A stretch of DNA of 62,194 nt, filler included, from Basidioascus undulatus (lineage: Eukaryota), in NCBI GenBank assembly GCA_000826855.1. It is 14 parts of 14 records of this genome, joined end to end, with 100 filler letters (N's around TTAATTAATTAA, not from the genome) between each part and the next. Parts side by side here need not be neighbours in the genome. Positions count along the whole stretch, not along the records: positions 23,766 to 26,643 come from JTLS01002606.1; positions 26,744 to 29,621 come from JTLS01002607.1; positions 29,722 to 32,598 come from JTLS01002608.1; positions 32,699 to 35,567 come from JTLS01002609.1; positions 35,668 to 38,534 come from JTLS01002610.1; 9 more parts are not named here. One strand, 5' to 3'. The position numbers were made by a program, and so were the translations under genes. This document shows positions 23,959 through 35,740 of the stretch, one piece after another. The notes under the pieces are model-generated. The model was not told the DNA's origin and searched no databases. It worked only from the letters and a program-made list of their open reading frames with translations. How positions within the stretch are numbered: position 1 is the first letter of the stretch; each line of letters begins with the position of its first letter.

Positions 23959-25041
23959 GCTAGCTTAGGGGCGGAAGGAGGAGGGTTGTAGGGTGGATAG
24001 AGACCGAGCTGGGAGGGCGGGGCTGGAGGGTGGTGAGACTTTCTGAGAGCCTGAGGTCGCTTGTTCGATTTATTTTTTCTAGGCATTTTATATCGCTGTG
24101 CGTTCGCTGGAACACGCATTCTTTTGGAACTTATTCTGCATGGCAACTCGTTCGGCAAGGCCTGATGGCGCTTCATGTTCCTGCCCCCACTGCCCGTACT
24201 TACACCGCTATCTGCTCAATCCAAACCACGCCTCGCGCTCCGGGGTCTTAACCATCGTTTGGGGGGACGTCATCCTGCGTACTGACTTCGTCATTTCTCG
24301 TTTAACGCAGAGGAAGCGTTGAGAACTCAAGAGGTACGTCTCGAGCTCAACACACCCCACCAGTTACGCAGAGTAAACCAAATCACTGTTCGTGTGCGTT
24401 CCTGCGCAACAAGAGGGAAGCAGGTATTCGGGTCGATGGCTGCTGGAGCTTGGCCATGAAGGTAAGCGGTACCGGACCTTCATAGCTTGAGGCTCTTGCT
24501 TGCTGTTGCGATTGACTGCTTTCGTTCCAAATCTCAACTGCCCTAATTGCCGGGAGCGGCTCTGCCGTCCTGGCCTGCACGCCTGCACATCATCTTGAAA
24601 TAGCCTTGCGATATGTGTTCACAGCTCCACACTCTTCACCGAGTATCGTCAAGTACAAGTTCGGCACCTTCGACTGCAGAGCTACGCTCAACCCATCTTG
24701 CTGCCGCTAAGTCAACTGTAGGCTGTGAACCGCGCGCTAGCGAACATCACCAGCTACTTCTCGGCCTGATCTTTGTCAGTCGAGCCGTCGTCCTACATGA
24801 GTTTATAAAAGTCCTATCGTCGGAGCTCCTCCAAATGTCATCGATTATGAAGGGCTACAGTCCTACCTCGTCGTCGCTGTCGTCGGCGTCCTATTCCCCG
24901 CTCGAAAGGAACAGAGTTTCCCCCTACGGAGACACTCAAAGGTTTAGAGGGCTTAGAACTGAAGGAATTTGAGCAAATATGGGCTTTACTCTGCCACCAA
25001 AGTCCGGGGGAGAGTAGAGCGAACAGCGGGCAGAGTGCCCA

Positions 25042-26643
25042 TCACCGATATCTGTGCGACGAGTTGGATTAGGGTTAGCAAGGGAGATCGGGATAGCGGG
25101 AGGCGAGAGAGGGGAACGGAGGTAAGACGACACGCACCGAGGCTCGAAGATGTGCAGGATTGTCGGCATGCCCGGGAACGCGAGCGTGCAAACGAAGATG
25201 GGCGTGTCGATCCCGTCGCGCGGAACTTCGGCCTCGAGGTTGAGCTTGCGCTCGCGCAGCTGGTTTGGGAACGTCGTCTGGACTGTGGAGTGAATTGCGA
25301 GTCCGGCAACCGTGGGAAGAGGAAGAAAAACGAAACGCACTGATGGACTCGACGACCTTCCCCCCGCCCGCCTTAACAAACCAGGGGTATCCGGGTAAGG
25401 GCGCGCGGCAGAGCGGACATGCGCACCCCTGGTCGAGTGCGCGATGCAGGCATTTCCGACAGAAAGTCTGTGTGAAACAAGCGACGCAGTGAGCGGGCAG
25501 TCGCAATGGCAGTCGCTATGGGAGGTGAAAGCGGACGCACATGTTGGCACGGGGTGACGACGCCCTCGACGAGGAGGCCGTAGCAGACGAGACACTCGAG
25601 CTCGCTCCCGAGCTCGTCCACCATCCGGACCTGCAGCTCGTGCTTGTACTCCGCGGGCGTCTTCTCGCCGCCGGCGTCGTCGATGTTCAGCGACGGCGGT
25701 CTGTAGCGCCGCAGGCGCTTGGAGCCCTGGCGCTTGAGCTTGGGCGGGGAGGTAGGGGGCGAGTTTGGGAGGCAAGGGGTGGAGGAGAGGTGGCAGGGAG
25801 GAAGGCGCGGGGAGGGAGAGGGGTTGGGAAGAGGGCCGCCGTAAGTCGGCCACTGCCGCGGACGACGCGCCTCGCTCGTGTCCCCGTCGAGGATGTCCAG
25901 TTCCGCTAGCGCATCATCCTCGTCCTCCCGCCCGTACCCCTCAGCAGCGAGTTCCCGCCTGGGCGCCTCGCGCACGCGCTCGATGCTCGCTTTCAGTATG
26001 CGCTCGTGGCGCGTCTCGCAGTGCGCCTCCACGCGCCGTGCTTCAGCGCGCCAGCGATCGATGAGCTCCATCACGCGCGCGAGGGTCGTGTCTGTGCGGT
26101 CGGGGTGGATGGCAGGATCGCGCGAGGGCAGGGTAGGATGTGGGGAGGGCGCGGGTGGGAGGATGGTTGTTGAGGGGTTGGAGCGGGGGCGAGCGGGGAG
26201 GGAGGAGGGTGATCGGCAATCGCGGATCGGGCACAGATGGGATGGGGCGGTGGACGTTCCAAGTGTGGAGGGTGAGTAGGAGGAGGAGGAGAAGGAGGAC
26301 TCGACAGCTAGACCCCCTCGTGTCCTGCGCCCGCCCGTCGCAGCCTCCAGCACCCGCTGCCGCTCCTTCTCACGGACGTGCACCCCACACAGGCTGTGCC
26401 CGCACCCGAGCGTGACCGGATCCCGTATCGTGCCGTGACATTCTGGGCACTCGATCAGGCGGACGAGGGTGTCGAGGAGATCGTCTGGCGGGGGAGGGCG
26501 AGAAGGAGGATCGGAGGAAGACGCCGACTGCGCCTGCTGCTCCTGAGGCGTACGATCGCCGTCTATGGAGGAGGGGGGCGGGGTGGAGAGGAAGGAGGCG
26601 TCGGTCGTCGGGGAGAGGTCGTCTATGGGTTCGGCGCGATGAC
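25042..26643 (-). CDS. RING finger and LON-N domain protein (CrgA/LONRF-like), 5'-partial and apparently truncated in the LON domain
   Basis: ECPECHGTIRDPVTLGCGHSLC; ELECLVCYGLLVEGVVTPCQH|TFCRKCLHRALDQGCACPLCR; TPIFVCTLAFPGMPTILHIFEPR|YR, then TGA. Confidence 0.8.
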
Positions 26644-26743
26644 NNNNNNNNNNNNNNNNNNNNNNNNNNNNNNNNNNNNNNNNNNNNTTAATTAATTAAN
26701 NNNNNNNNNNNNNNNNNNNNNNNNNNNNNNNNNNNNNNNNNNN
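26644..26743. other. Artificial contig spacer
   Basis: N44-TTAATTAATTAA-N44. Confidence 0.99.
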
Positions 26744-29621
26744 GGCCGCGCGCGACCTCCTCCTCCCGCACCCGCACCACCTCAATACCGGCCCCCTCCC
26801 GCCGACACCTCTACCTTGTCACGGAGCAGCAGGCTCGTCCGCCGCGCCACGGGCCATGCCACGGCAGGGCCTCCTCGAGCCGCCTCTCCCGCCGCACCGA
26901 ACCTGCCCCGTCCTCTTCCCCCACATAAGCCGCCTGCGCACAACACCAACGGCTACCGGCCTCCTTCCCGCTCTGCTTCACCCGCCGCGGCTCCAGCACC
27001 AGTACGACCGCCGTCCTCCGTGCCATCGCCGCCAGACCAATCGGCGGAGCTCGCAAGGCTTCAAGCGGAGCTCGCGAAGGTGCGTCTCCACGACCCCCAC
27101 CCGCTCTCATTGTGACTGATAAATTCTTGTCCGCCATCCCTCCGTCCCTCATAGGAAACCGCCCGTCGCGCCGAAGCTGAGGCGGCGCTCAAGACTGAGA
27201 GGGATAAAGGCTACCAAGCGAAGGGCGAGGCTGACCAAGTCCGGCGCAAGCTCGCGAAAGTGCGCCGCCCACACTTCTCCCCTCCGCTATCCCGCCCCGC
27301 TCAAATCTCTCTCTCTCCCACACCCCATGCAGAAAGACGAAGAGCTTCGGAACAATCAGGAGGCCCACGAACGGGCGATGGCTGCGCTGCAGGCGAGCAA
27401 GGACGAGATGGAGCGCAAGATGACGCTCGAGAGCGACCGGCAGCGGACGGAGAACCTGTTTAGGGTGAGGTTTTGTCTCCCTCCACACACTCGCCTCCTT
27501 TCTCTCCCTTCGATGCTGACGAGTGACAATATGCATCAGCGACACGAAGTCGAGACGTCCGCGCGCAAGGCAGGGTGGGCGGCGCACCAGCGCTCCTCCG
27601 CCGCCGTCGCGCGCACGCCTGCCGCGAGCACCCGCGCCCAGCTTGCCGCCGTCACGCCGCGCAGTCCGACAAGCGTGAAGCGCAGCCTGTCCCGACGAGG
27701 AGGTGCGTGTGTGTCCTTCCTCTCTTACCCTTGTACGCCCTTCCCGCGTTCGACTGACCCTCGCCTCGCCCAGACCCTGCCGCCTCGATGGGCTTCCAAA
27801 ACTCGTTCCTCCCCTCCTCGCCCTCGCGTCTCCGCCCCTCCCAATCCACCTCCTTCGCTGTCCCGCTCTCTCCCGCACGGCGAGCCATGGACAAGGGTAA
27901 GGGCAAAGAGCGTGCAGGACCGTCGGACAGGCTCAGCTCGCCTGGCGCCGCGACGGGCCCGATGGACTGGGACGTGGACGTTTTCGGGGATGACCCGCCG
28001 GCGCCGGCGCCGTTGGGGCCCGAGGTCGAGGAGGAGGGGATAGAGGAGGATGAGTGGGGGGCGGAGGAGAAGGAGGGCGATTTAAGAGCGAATGTAGGTC
28101 TCCCATTCGCGTCTCCTCTTCCTACGGTCTCTTAACACTAACTTGAACTCCCGTCTCCCAGCTCATTCACCTTCTCTTCACACACATTTCCTCTACACCC
28201 TACACTTACCCACCCCCAACCTCCTCCGCATCATCACCCGACCCCCACCCGCGCCGGATCCTCACGCTCCATCTCCTGCTCAACGCGCCGCTCCCGCCGT
28301 CGGCGCCGCCCGCAACCCGAGACCTCTACGCCGAAGCCTGCACGCGCGTGCTCGAGGCCGTCGGGCGCACGCGCGCGGGCACAAACGCCAGCGCCAGCGG
28401 CGCGTCCCCACGGGCGGAGCTTGAGCGGTTGTTGGAGGACGTTTGCAAGGGGCTGGGACAGCTGGCGGGAGTGTTTCTAGAGCTGCAACTTGTGCGCATT
28501 TTTTTCCTTCCCAGATGTGGAGTCTGCTGCTTTTAACCTTTCCGCGACCATAGTCCACCCACCTCACCGAAACGCTGCACCTCCTCTCCTCCCTAACGCT
28601 GCACAACAGTCGTACAGCACTGCACCTCCTCGCGCCGTTCTACCCGCCACCGCCGCCCGCCTCCGCTTCCTCCCAGTCTCAGCGACAGTCCCCCCAGCTC
28701 ATCTGCACCCTCGCAAAAATCATCTCCGATGTCCTCGCCCCCGCGCCCCAGCGCACATCCTCTTCCTCCGCGTCTGTCCCTACAAACGCGAAAACCTACG
28801 ACTACGCGCTGGCAGAGGGGCTTCTGGCGCTGCTTGAGGCGCTCGTGTGGGATGCGGCAGGAGATCAGCTTGATCGGTGTGTCGCCGTGTGCGTATGAAA
28901 TTTGTGTTACAAGCGCGGGAGTGCTGAAGTGGGCCGGGAGAATCGCAGGATTGCCGAGCTGCTCCAGACACCGAGGGTCCTCACCGCGCTTTTGGGAAGG
29001 GAGCAACCGGCGTGGGTCGCCCTGCGCTGGACGTGCCTGCTCTGCCTCATGGCGTCCCGTGCGTCGTGCATCTCCTCCCACTCGCACTTTTTTCCCGGCT
29101 CACCCACTCGTCTTTTCTCCGTCACGACCAGACCCCGAGCTCTTCCACCCGCTCCTCTCGCGGCCTGGTCTGCCGTCCCTGGCAGAGGACGACGCTCGGG
29201 CGTCGTATGAGCGCAAGCGTCTGCCCCTCATCGAGGCGCTGTCATCCTACCTCGTCACGCCCCACCCATCCGCATCCATCTCCGAAGTGCGTCGCTATTC
29301 CCTTCCCCCTTTCCGGTCTCTCATCCTCTTCCATTCTTACCGTTCCTTCCCCTTCTGACACGCTATCTCGTTTCTTCCACCAATAGGCGCATCAGCACCA
29401 CCTGACGATCTGCAGCCTCCTCTTCGCGCTCGCGTACCGGAGCGCGGACGCAAGCCGCATGATCGCCGAGACGCTCTCGCTAGTGCCCGCGCTGGTGCGC
29501 TGCCTCGCGCGCGACACGGCGCTAATTTGGGACGAGGACGAGCGCGCGTTCGTCGTCGATGGTGGCGAAGACGGGCTGGGAAGCGAGTCGTGCGTTCCCG
29601 TCCCTCCTTCCCCTTCTCCCC
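26744..29621 (+). CDS. Multi-exon coiled-coil plus helical-repeat protein, possibly ATRIP/Rad26-like checkpoint protein; partial at both ends
   Basis: Spliced coiled coil ELARLQAELAK|...YQAKGEADQVRRKLAK|KDEELRNNQEAHERAMAALQASKDEMERKMTLESDRQRTENLFR|RHEVETS, a GFQNSF motif, then Leu-rich helical exons. Family assignment is from memory. Confidence 0.5.
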
Positions 29622-29721
29622 NNNNNNNNNNNNNNNNNNNNNNNNNNNNNNNNNNNNNNNNNNNNTTAATTAATTAANNNNNNNNNNNNNNNNNNNNNNN
29701 NNNNNNNNNNNNNNNNNNNNN
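29622..29721. other. Artificial contig spacer
   Basis: N44-TTAATTAATTAA-N44. Confidence 0.99.
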
Positions 29722-29777
29722 CTCCCATCTTCCACTTCTCCACCCGCGCTCACACGCCACTCCTCATCTTCCTATAG

Positions 29778-30141
29778 CTTCGCCACCGACGCCCGCATCC
29801 AAGAAACAATCCGGACCGAGTTCCGTGACAAGACGCTCCTGTGTATCGCGCACCGTCTTCGGTGCGTCCTTCCCCTTCCTCCTCTCCCTTCCTCCCCCTC
29901 CCCCACCACCATCTCCCAGCCCTTCCCCTCCCTTCACCCATTAACCGACCCCCCGGGTAACAGCACCATCATCTCCTACGACCGCATCCTCGTCCTGGAC
30001 GCGGGGCAAATTGCCGAGTTCGACACGCCGCAGGCGCTCTTTGAGAGGCCGGACGGCGCGTTCAGACTGATGTGCGAGCGCTCGGGGATAACGGGGGAGG
30101 ATGTGAGGGCTGCGCAGGGGATGAAGGGCACGGGGGTTTAG
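29778..30141 (+). CDS. ABCC/MRP-family ABC transporter (Yor1-like), last two exons
   Basis: TDARIQETIRTEFRDKTLLCIAHRLR|TIISYDRILVLDAGQIAEFDTPQALF...FRLMCERSGIT, the NBD2 H-loop region; TAG 30139-30141. Confidence 0.9.
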
Positions 30142-30585
30142 ATTGGCTTTTGGGGTGTTGTGTCGATGCATTCGGATCCTGCGCTGTGCTCTGGGGGACG
30201 TCCACCACCCGGAATGCGAAGACGATGGTGTGGACACGCAAGAACGGTTCTGTCGGTCAGCAAAACTCGTTCTTCAAAACTCGTTCTTCTCAGTGCGAAA
30301 GCGAAGCTCGGGTGCAGGTCATAAGTGCTGAAAGTTTGCGAATGTTGCTCTGGACTTGACGACAAGGCGAATGTGCCGTATTCGTCGGGGACACGCCTTG
30401 GGCAAGAGCAAGTCAGAGCTCCGCACTCGCAGCGAGCCTCGGACGAGATCGCTCGAGACCGTCCGCCTCCTGTCCCGCACGCAAACGTAACACGATGCTT
30501 ACAAGTGTGTATACTGGTACAAGTGATGCAGAATGTGGTCCCCGCGCCGCCTCCCTTCCTCTCCCCTCCCTCCCCAACCCGCCGC

Positions 30586-31147
30586 TCAGACGAAGATGTC
30601 CGGGTTGCGAGCCATCAGGTCCGTGACGCTATTGACAATCTTGAGGTCTGTACATTTCACAACGCTTCAGCTGGGGTGTTCGGCTTCAGTTCGGAGTGAG
30701 AGACGTACCCAGATCGTTCCCCATGGATATGGACGAGTACTCCATGATGGACAAGTCCTCGTTCACGCGACCGATTACCTACCCATCACACCTTCTCAGC
30801 GCAAGTTCCACATCCCACTCGGTACACCTTGACCCTTACCTCGACATATTGTTCAGGGTAGTCGGATTCCTGGAGACAAGGGCGTCAGTGACGCTCCCCC
30901 TCCCTCGGCAGGACGGACGGCACGCACCCGGTTCAGATGGATCTCCACCTGCCCGCCATCCGAGCTCTCCAAAATCGCAGTCTCTGTTTGCTTCTGCATC
31001 TCCCCCCCGGTTGAGCACTTCCGCGATTTCTGTGTGGGTGGCCCGCGAGCGCGAGCGCACCTTGAGGACCTTGCCCGTGAGGCGGACGGTCTGGCCGACG
31101 TAGTCGCCAAGCTTGGTGGAGTTTACGCAGGGCGTCGGCTTGTCCAT
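30586..31147 (-). CDS. RFA3: Replication factor A small subunit (RPA14), 5 exons
   Basis: MDKPTPCVNSTKLGDYVGQTVRLTGKVLK|...AILESSDGGQVEIHLNR|ESDYPEQYVE|VIGRVNEDLSIMEYSSISMGNDL|DLKIVNSVTDLMARNPDIFV*. Confidence 0.88.
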
Positions 31148-31549
31148 TTCGATTCCGTAAAGTGTGGAGTGTGGAGCGCGAGTGTAGGGGTCTGGGAATG
31201 CGAGCAAGCTCTGATGATGAAGGGAACGCGACAAGGCTGCGACGCGTCGCGGTAAAGAGCGGATCGATCGGGACGCGTCGAGGTTAGGGTCTGGCTGTCT
31301 TCCCGCTTCGTCCTGCACCTGCAGCGCCGTGTCCTCCGACAACGACCATTATCTTCTCAGCTGACATATACACCTCACAGTCAATCAAAGTCTACATTCA
31401 CTGACCATGCTCGTCCTCCGCCGCTCACCACGGCTGCTCATAAAGCCCGCAGGGCATTCAAGATGCATTGTCCGCCCACATCGGATTCGCTCGCGTCGCT
31501 CTGCGCTTTCAAGCTCATATTCCTTCCTTTGCATGCAAATTAGACCACC

Positions 31550-32598
31550 ATGGACCCCCCAACATCCATCGCTGTCCTGGGAGGGGGCATCGCAGGCCTG
31601 TCGTCGGCGTACTACGCCGCGCGGGCGTTCCCCGACGCGCGGGTCACGCTCCTCGAGAGCAGCGACCGGCTTGGCGGCTGGGTGCGCAGCGAGCGCGTCG
31701 ACTTGGGCCAGGAGTGGGGTTCGGTCCTCACCGAGCGCGGGCCGCGGACACTCAGACCTAAAGGTGTTGGCGGGGCGCTCATCCTCAATCTGGTACCTCT
31801 GTCGACTGCCTCAGGCTGCACTATCGGCAGCTCACCTTTTTTTGTTTCGCAGATCAACGAGCTCGGGCTCGACCGCTCTCTAATCACGATCCCGACGTCG
31901 CACCCTGCAGCGCGCAACCGGTTCATCTACCACCCCGACCGACTCAACGCGCTCCCCTCCTCGCTGTCCTCCATCCTCCCCTCCCTCTTGCGCTCCCCCA
32001 CCCTTCGCTCCCTCCCCCTCTCCATCCTCCGCGAGCCCTTTCAGCCGCGCGCCCCCCCACCCGCGTCAGACGAGTCCGTCGACTCCTTCGTCCGGCGCCG
32101 CTTCAGCCCCGAGGTCGCAGACAACCTCCTTTCCGCGATGGTGCACGGCATCTACGCCGCGGACAGCCGGGACCTGTCACTGCGGAGCACATTTGGGGTG
32201 CTTTGGGATATGGAGCGGGAGCATGGGAGCGTGGTGCGGAGCTTGCTGTGGGGTGGGGTGAGGGGGAGTGAGGAGGAGAGGAGGACGGAGGAGGAGGTTT
32301 GGGGTGTGGGGAACGCGAGGGAGAAGGCGATGGGGACGAGCGTGTTCAGTCTGAGGGATGGGCTGGAGGAGCTTGTGCGCGCGCTGGAGAGGGATTTGGA
32401 GGCGAGGGAGAATGTACAGATTAGGAAGGGCATACGGGCGGGGTCTGTCGAGCGGAAGTCTTCCGGCTTCGAGGTGCGCCGTTCTCCTCGAATTTTTGAC
32501 AAGTTTGTAACTAACTTCATTCTCTTTCGGGGAGATACCCACCCCCACCGGCGCACTTCACGTCTCGCACCTCCTCTCCGCCCTGCCCTCCACCTCTC
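31550..32598 (+). CDS. HEM14: Protoporphyrinogen oxidase, 3'-partial
   Basis: IAVLGGGIAGLSSAY FAD motif, LESSDRLGGWVRS, ERGPRTLRP, AARNRFIY, DESVDSFVRRRF, SAMVHGIYAAD. Confidence 0.93.
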
Positions 32599-32698
32599 NN
32601 NNNNNNNNNNNNNNNNNNNNNNNNNNNNNNNNNNNNNNNNNNTTAATTAATTAANNNNNNNNNNNNNNNNNNNNNNNNNNNNNNNNNNNNNNNNNNNN
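32599..32698. other. Artificial contig spacer
   Basis: N44-TTAATTAATTAA-N44. Confidence 0.99.
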
Positions 32699-33135
32699 TC
32701 TCCTCCTTCCCTCCTCACACCCTTCGCACCCTCCCCTTCGCACTTACCCCCTCCCGCTCCGCAACCCGTTTCCCCCGCATCTCTCCCCGTCCGCCTTCCT
32801 CGTTCCCCTCCGTCCGCCTTCCCCCCTTCCTCACACTCCCCATCATTCGCCCTCCGTCCCCTTCTCTCTTACCCTGCACAACCCAAATCCCCAATCCCAA
32901 CCGGCGCTTCCCACCTCCACCTTATCCCACCGCGCCATCTCCGCCCCTCACCCTCCCGACTCTCCTCCTTCCCTCCTCACACCCTTCGCACCCTCCCCTT
33001 CGCACTTACCCCACCGCCCCTTCCGCCCCTTCCCGCCTTCCCTCCTTCCCGCCTTCCCTCCTTCCCGCCTTCCTCTCTCCTTCACTTCCTTCCTTCGCTC
33101 CCCCCTTTTTCGTGCCCGCCTCCTCTCTCTCCGCT
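32699..33135. repeat. C/T-rich low-complexity intronic tract with a 52-bp direct repeat and short 16-mer repeats
   Basis: Identical 52-mer at 32699-32750 and 32961-33012; CCTTCCCGCCTTCCCT-like units at about 33027-33075. Confidence 0.85.
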
Positions 33136-33183
33136 TCTTGTCGGCCAAACACACAGTGGCTGATCTTGGATGGACGTCTACAG

Positions 33184-33304
33184 CTTCGAGAAGTTCCTCG
33201 TCGGCCCCGACGGCAAGGTCGTCCACCGGTACGTGTCGACAACGAGCCCTGCGGCGATCGAGAAGGACGTGCAGAAGCTGCTGGCGGACGCGCAGGTGCA
33301 GTGA
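33184..33304 (+). CDS. Glutathione peroxidase (Gpx/Hyr1-like), last exon
   Basis: After a CAG acceptor: [33 protein letters not shown]...*, matching the GPx (WN)FEKFLV..DG motif. Confidence 0.85.
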
Positions 33305-34009
33305 TCGGCTCGTTCCTGCACTGTCGGACTGTATGGGTCTGGGATGGGGTGGGGTGGAGGATGGGACGCGGAGGCAGGACGGGGAGGCGGGAAAGTGGGA
33401 GCGCGGAAGGATGCGAGTGGGGCCGATGGGAAGAGGAAGAGAAAGGTAGAGGTGGATCCACGGGGTTTTCTTGAAAAGTGATACCCTAATGATGATAATG
33501 ATGGACGGCACTGCCTGATTGAATGGGAGCGGTTTGAGAAGTATGCGTTAAGCGCGGTGTGTATTGGGAGAGGGAGGGATGGGCGGTTGGGCGGTTGGGT
33601 GGGCTGGGGGAGGCGATGGACGGCGAGGCTTGTGTTGGTGGGGGTTTTGAGCGATGCAGTTTCGTTAGAGACTGCTCTGCAGTGTTCTTCGCGCTACTGT
33701 GCTCTTAGCGCTGGAGGGCTTTCATCCCGAATGTTGGACAAGCACAGGGCCCTGCTTGCTTCACGCGTCTTCCGCTGGACTTGCTCGTATGCATCGCTGA
33801 AAACCGCGTAGTGGTCCAGGATATTCGAAGTGCATGGGGTGAATGAGGATGGTCGTATGCTACAATTGCAACACAAAGGTATGAGATGTGTACCCAGCCC
33901 AAATGGAAGTCCTGATGTTGCTGTGAGAGACTTGACAATTTGAATGGGTGCCGTGCCGCAGTGTGGTGAAGCCTGCCAACGGCTGCGAGTGCGGACTGGA
34001 AGTGTCTCT

Positions 34010-35567
34010 CCCAGAAAAGTGTCATTGCCACCTGGCAATTCTCTTGAAAAAAGATCTGTCCTGGAGATAAAAATGTTGATGAAAAGAAGTGGCCAAAACA
34101 CCGTCACTGCCAGATTTCTATTGCGGCCAATAAAGTGTTTTGGATGAAAAACTGTCATTGACAGAAAAGTTGTCGCTGCCAGGAAAACCGTCTAGGACAG
34201 AAACATATCCTTGCTAGGAAGCTGGTCAGGGCCACTTTTCTATCCAGAACAGAATTATATCACTGACAGCTTTCTGTCCAGGACACTTTTCTGGCATGGG
34301 CACCTTTCTGTCCAGAAAGGAATTCTGCCAGAGACACTTTTCTGTCTAGGACACTTTTCAAAAAGGTGTCACTTACAGAAATCTGACATTGCCAAGAAAC
34401 TGTCCTCAACAAAAAACTGCCACTGCCAGAGCACTGTTATCACCAGAAAACTGTCCAGGACAGAGATCTGTCATATTGCCAGATGACAGAAAAGTGTCTA
34501 TGATAGAAAACTGCTTATGACAGAAAGTGTCCAGGACAGAAAAGTGTCCCTGACAAAAAACTAGCTCTGCCAGAATTTTATCCAGGACAGAAAAATGGCC
34601 AGGACAAGAATCCTTCCATGCCCATGTCTGTGCCTATGTCTGTGCCTGTGTCTGTGTCAATGCTTGTCCTTGGGGATGTCTGTGTCTGCATTTGTGTGCA
34701 TCAATGTCTGTGTCTGCATTTGTGTGTGTCAATGTATGTGTCTGTCAGATGTCCATGGGTATGTCTGTGAGAATGTCTATTGGGGTGTCCATGGGGATGT
34801 CAGTGTCCTTGACATGTCTGTATCTTTGTCTATGTCTGTGTCCATGTCTGTGTCCTTGTGGCTGTCTGTGAGGATGGCTGTAGTCCATGTGTCTGTGGGG
34901 ATATCAGTGTGCATGTCTGAGGGTTGTCCATGGGGATGTTTGTGGGGGTATCCATGTGAATGTCTGTAGGGATGTCTGTGGGAATGTCTGTGGGAATGTA
35001 TGTGGAATGTATGTGGGGATGTCTGTTGGGGTAGTTGGATGAAATGGCAGTCTTGGAGAGAAGGACTGCCTCAATAAAATGGCAGTCCTTAGGTGAAGGA
35101 CAACCTTGAAAAATGGCAGTCCTGGAGTGAAGGATGGCCTTGACAAAATAGCAGTCCTGGATAAGATGGGGCTGTTTGCATGAATTGCAGACATACCATA
35201 TATGAGGGTCAGCAAGTCAAGTCTGAGGTTGGGATGCAGCCCAGCTGTACTGCAGATACACCTTGTCTGCTGCAGGTCCCCATCTGGGACATCAGGATGT
35301 CTACATGTCCTCCAGGTGATTGGAACCTCTCCATGTGTCAGGACTTGACTGGGTAAGACAGACCACAGCAGGGACTACCAGCAGGGTTGGTGTCAATATG
35401 CAAGATGGGTGAAGAAAGGGCAAGGAGTAGAGGACAAGGCTAAGGGGAGGGTGGGAGAGAACAAGACCGGATGAGGGACAGGGGAAGAAGGGAGGGGGGG
35501 TTCTTATACTGGGAGAGTAGAGGGAGGAGACAAAGGGAGGCATCGTCCTCATGTCCACCTCCTTGCC
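34010..35567. mobile_element. Degenerate, CpG-depleted repetitive element relic (class unknown) with nested repeat arrays
   Basis: Direct and inverted CCAGGACAGAAAAGTGTC-like motifs (34010-34610), TGTCTG and 12-mer arrays (34620-35030), 34-35-bp tandem units (35042-35165); no CpG seen from 34191 to 35467. Confidence 0.5.
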
Positions 35568-35667
35568 NNNNNNNNNNNNNNNNNNNNNNNNNNNNNNNNN
35601 NNNNNNNNNNNTTAATTAATTAANNNNNNNNNNNNNNNNNNNNNNNNNNNNNNNNNNNNNNNNNNNN
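35568..35667. other. Artificial contig spacer
   Basis: N44-TTAATTAATTAA-N44. Confidence 0.99.
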
Positions 35668-35740
35668 TTATCTTTCATCCATCCACCATTCTCTCACATG
35701 GCTCACATCCGAACAAAACGCAGAAACAAGATTGGACTAC

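Noticed and set aside
25066..25080. TTAGGGTTAG telomere-like motif
   Set aside because: Fewer than two units; it is the reverse complement of an intron branch site (GCTAAC).
34595..34969. 124-aa Cys/Val/Met-rich ORF as a metallothionein-like protein
   Set aside because: It is a translation of the TGTCTG repeat array and shows no host-like codon usage.
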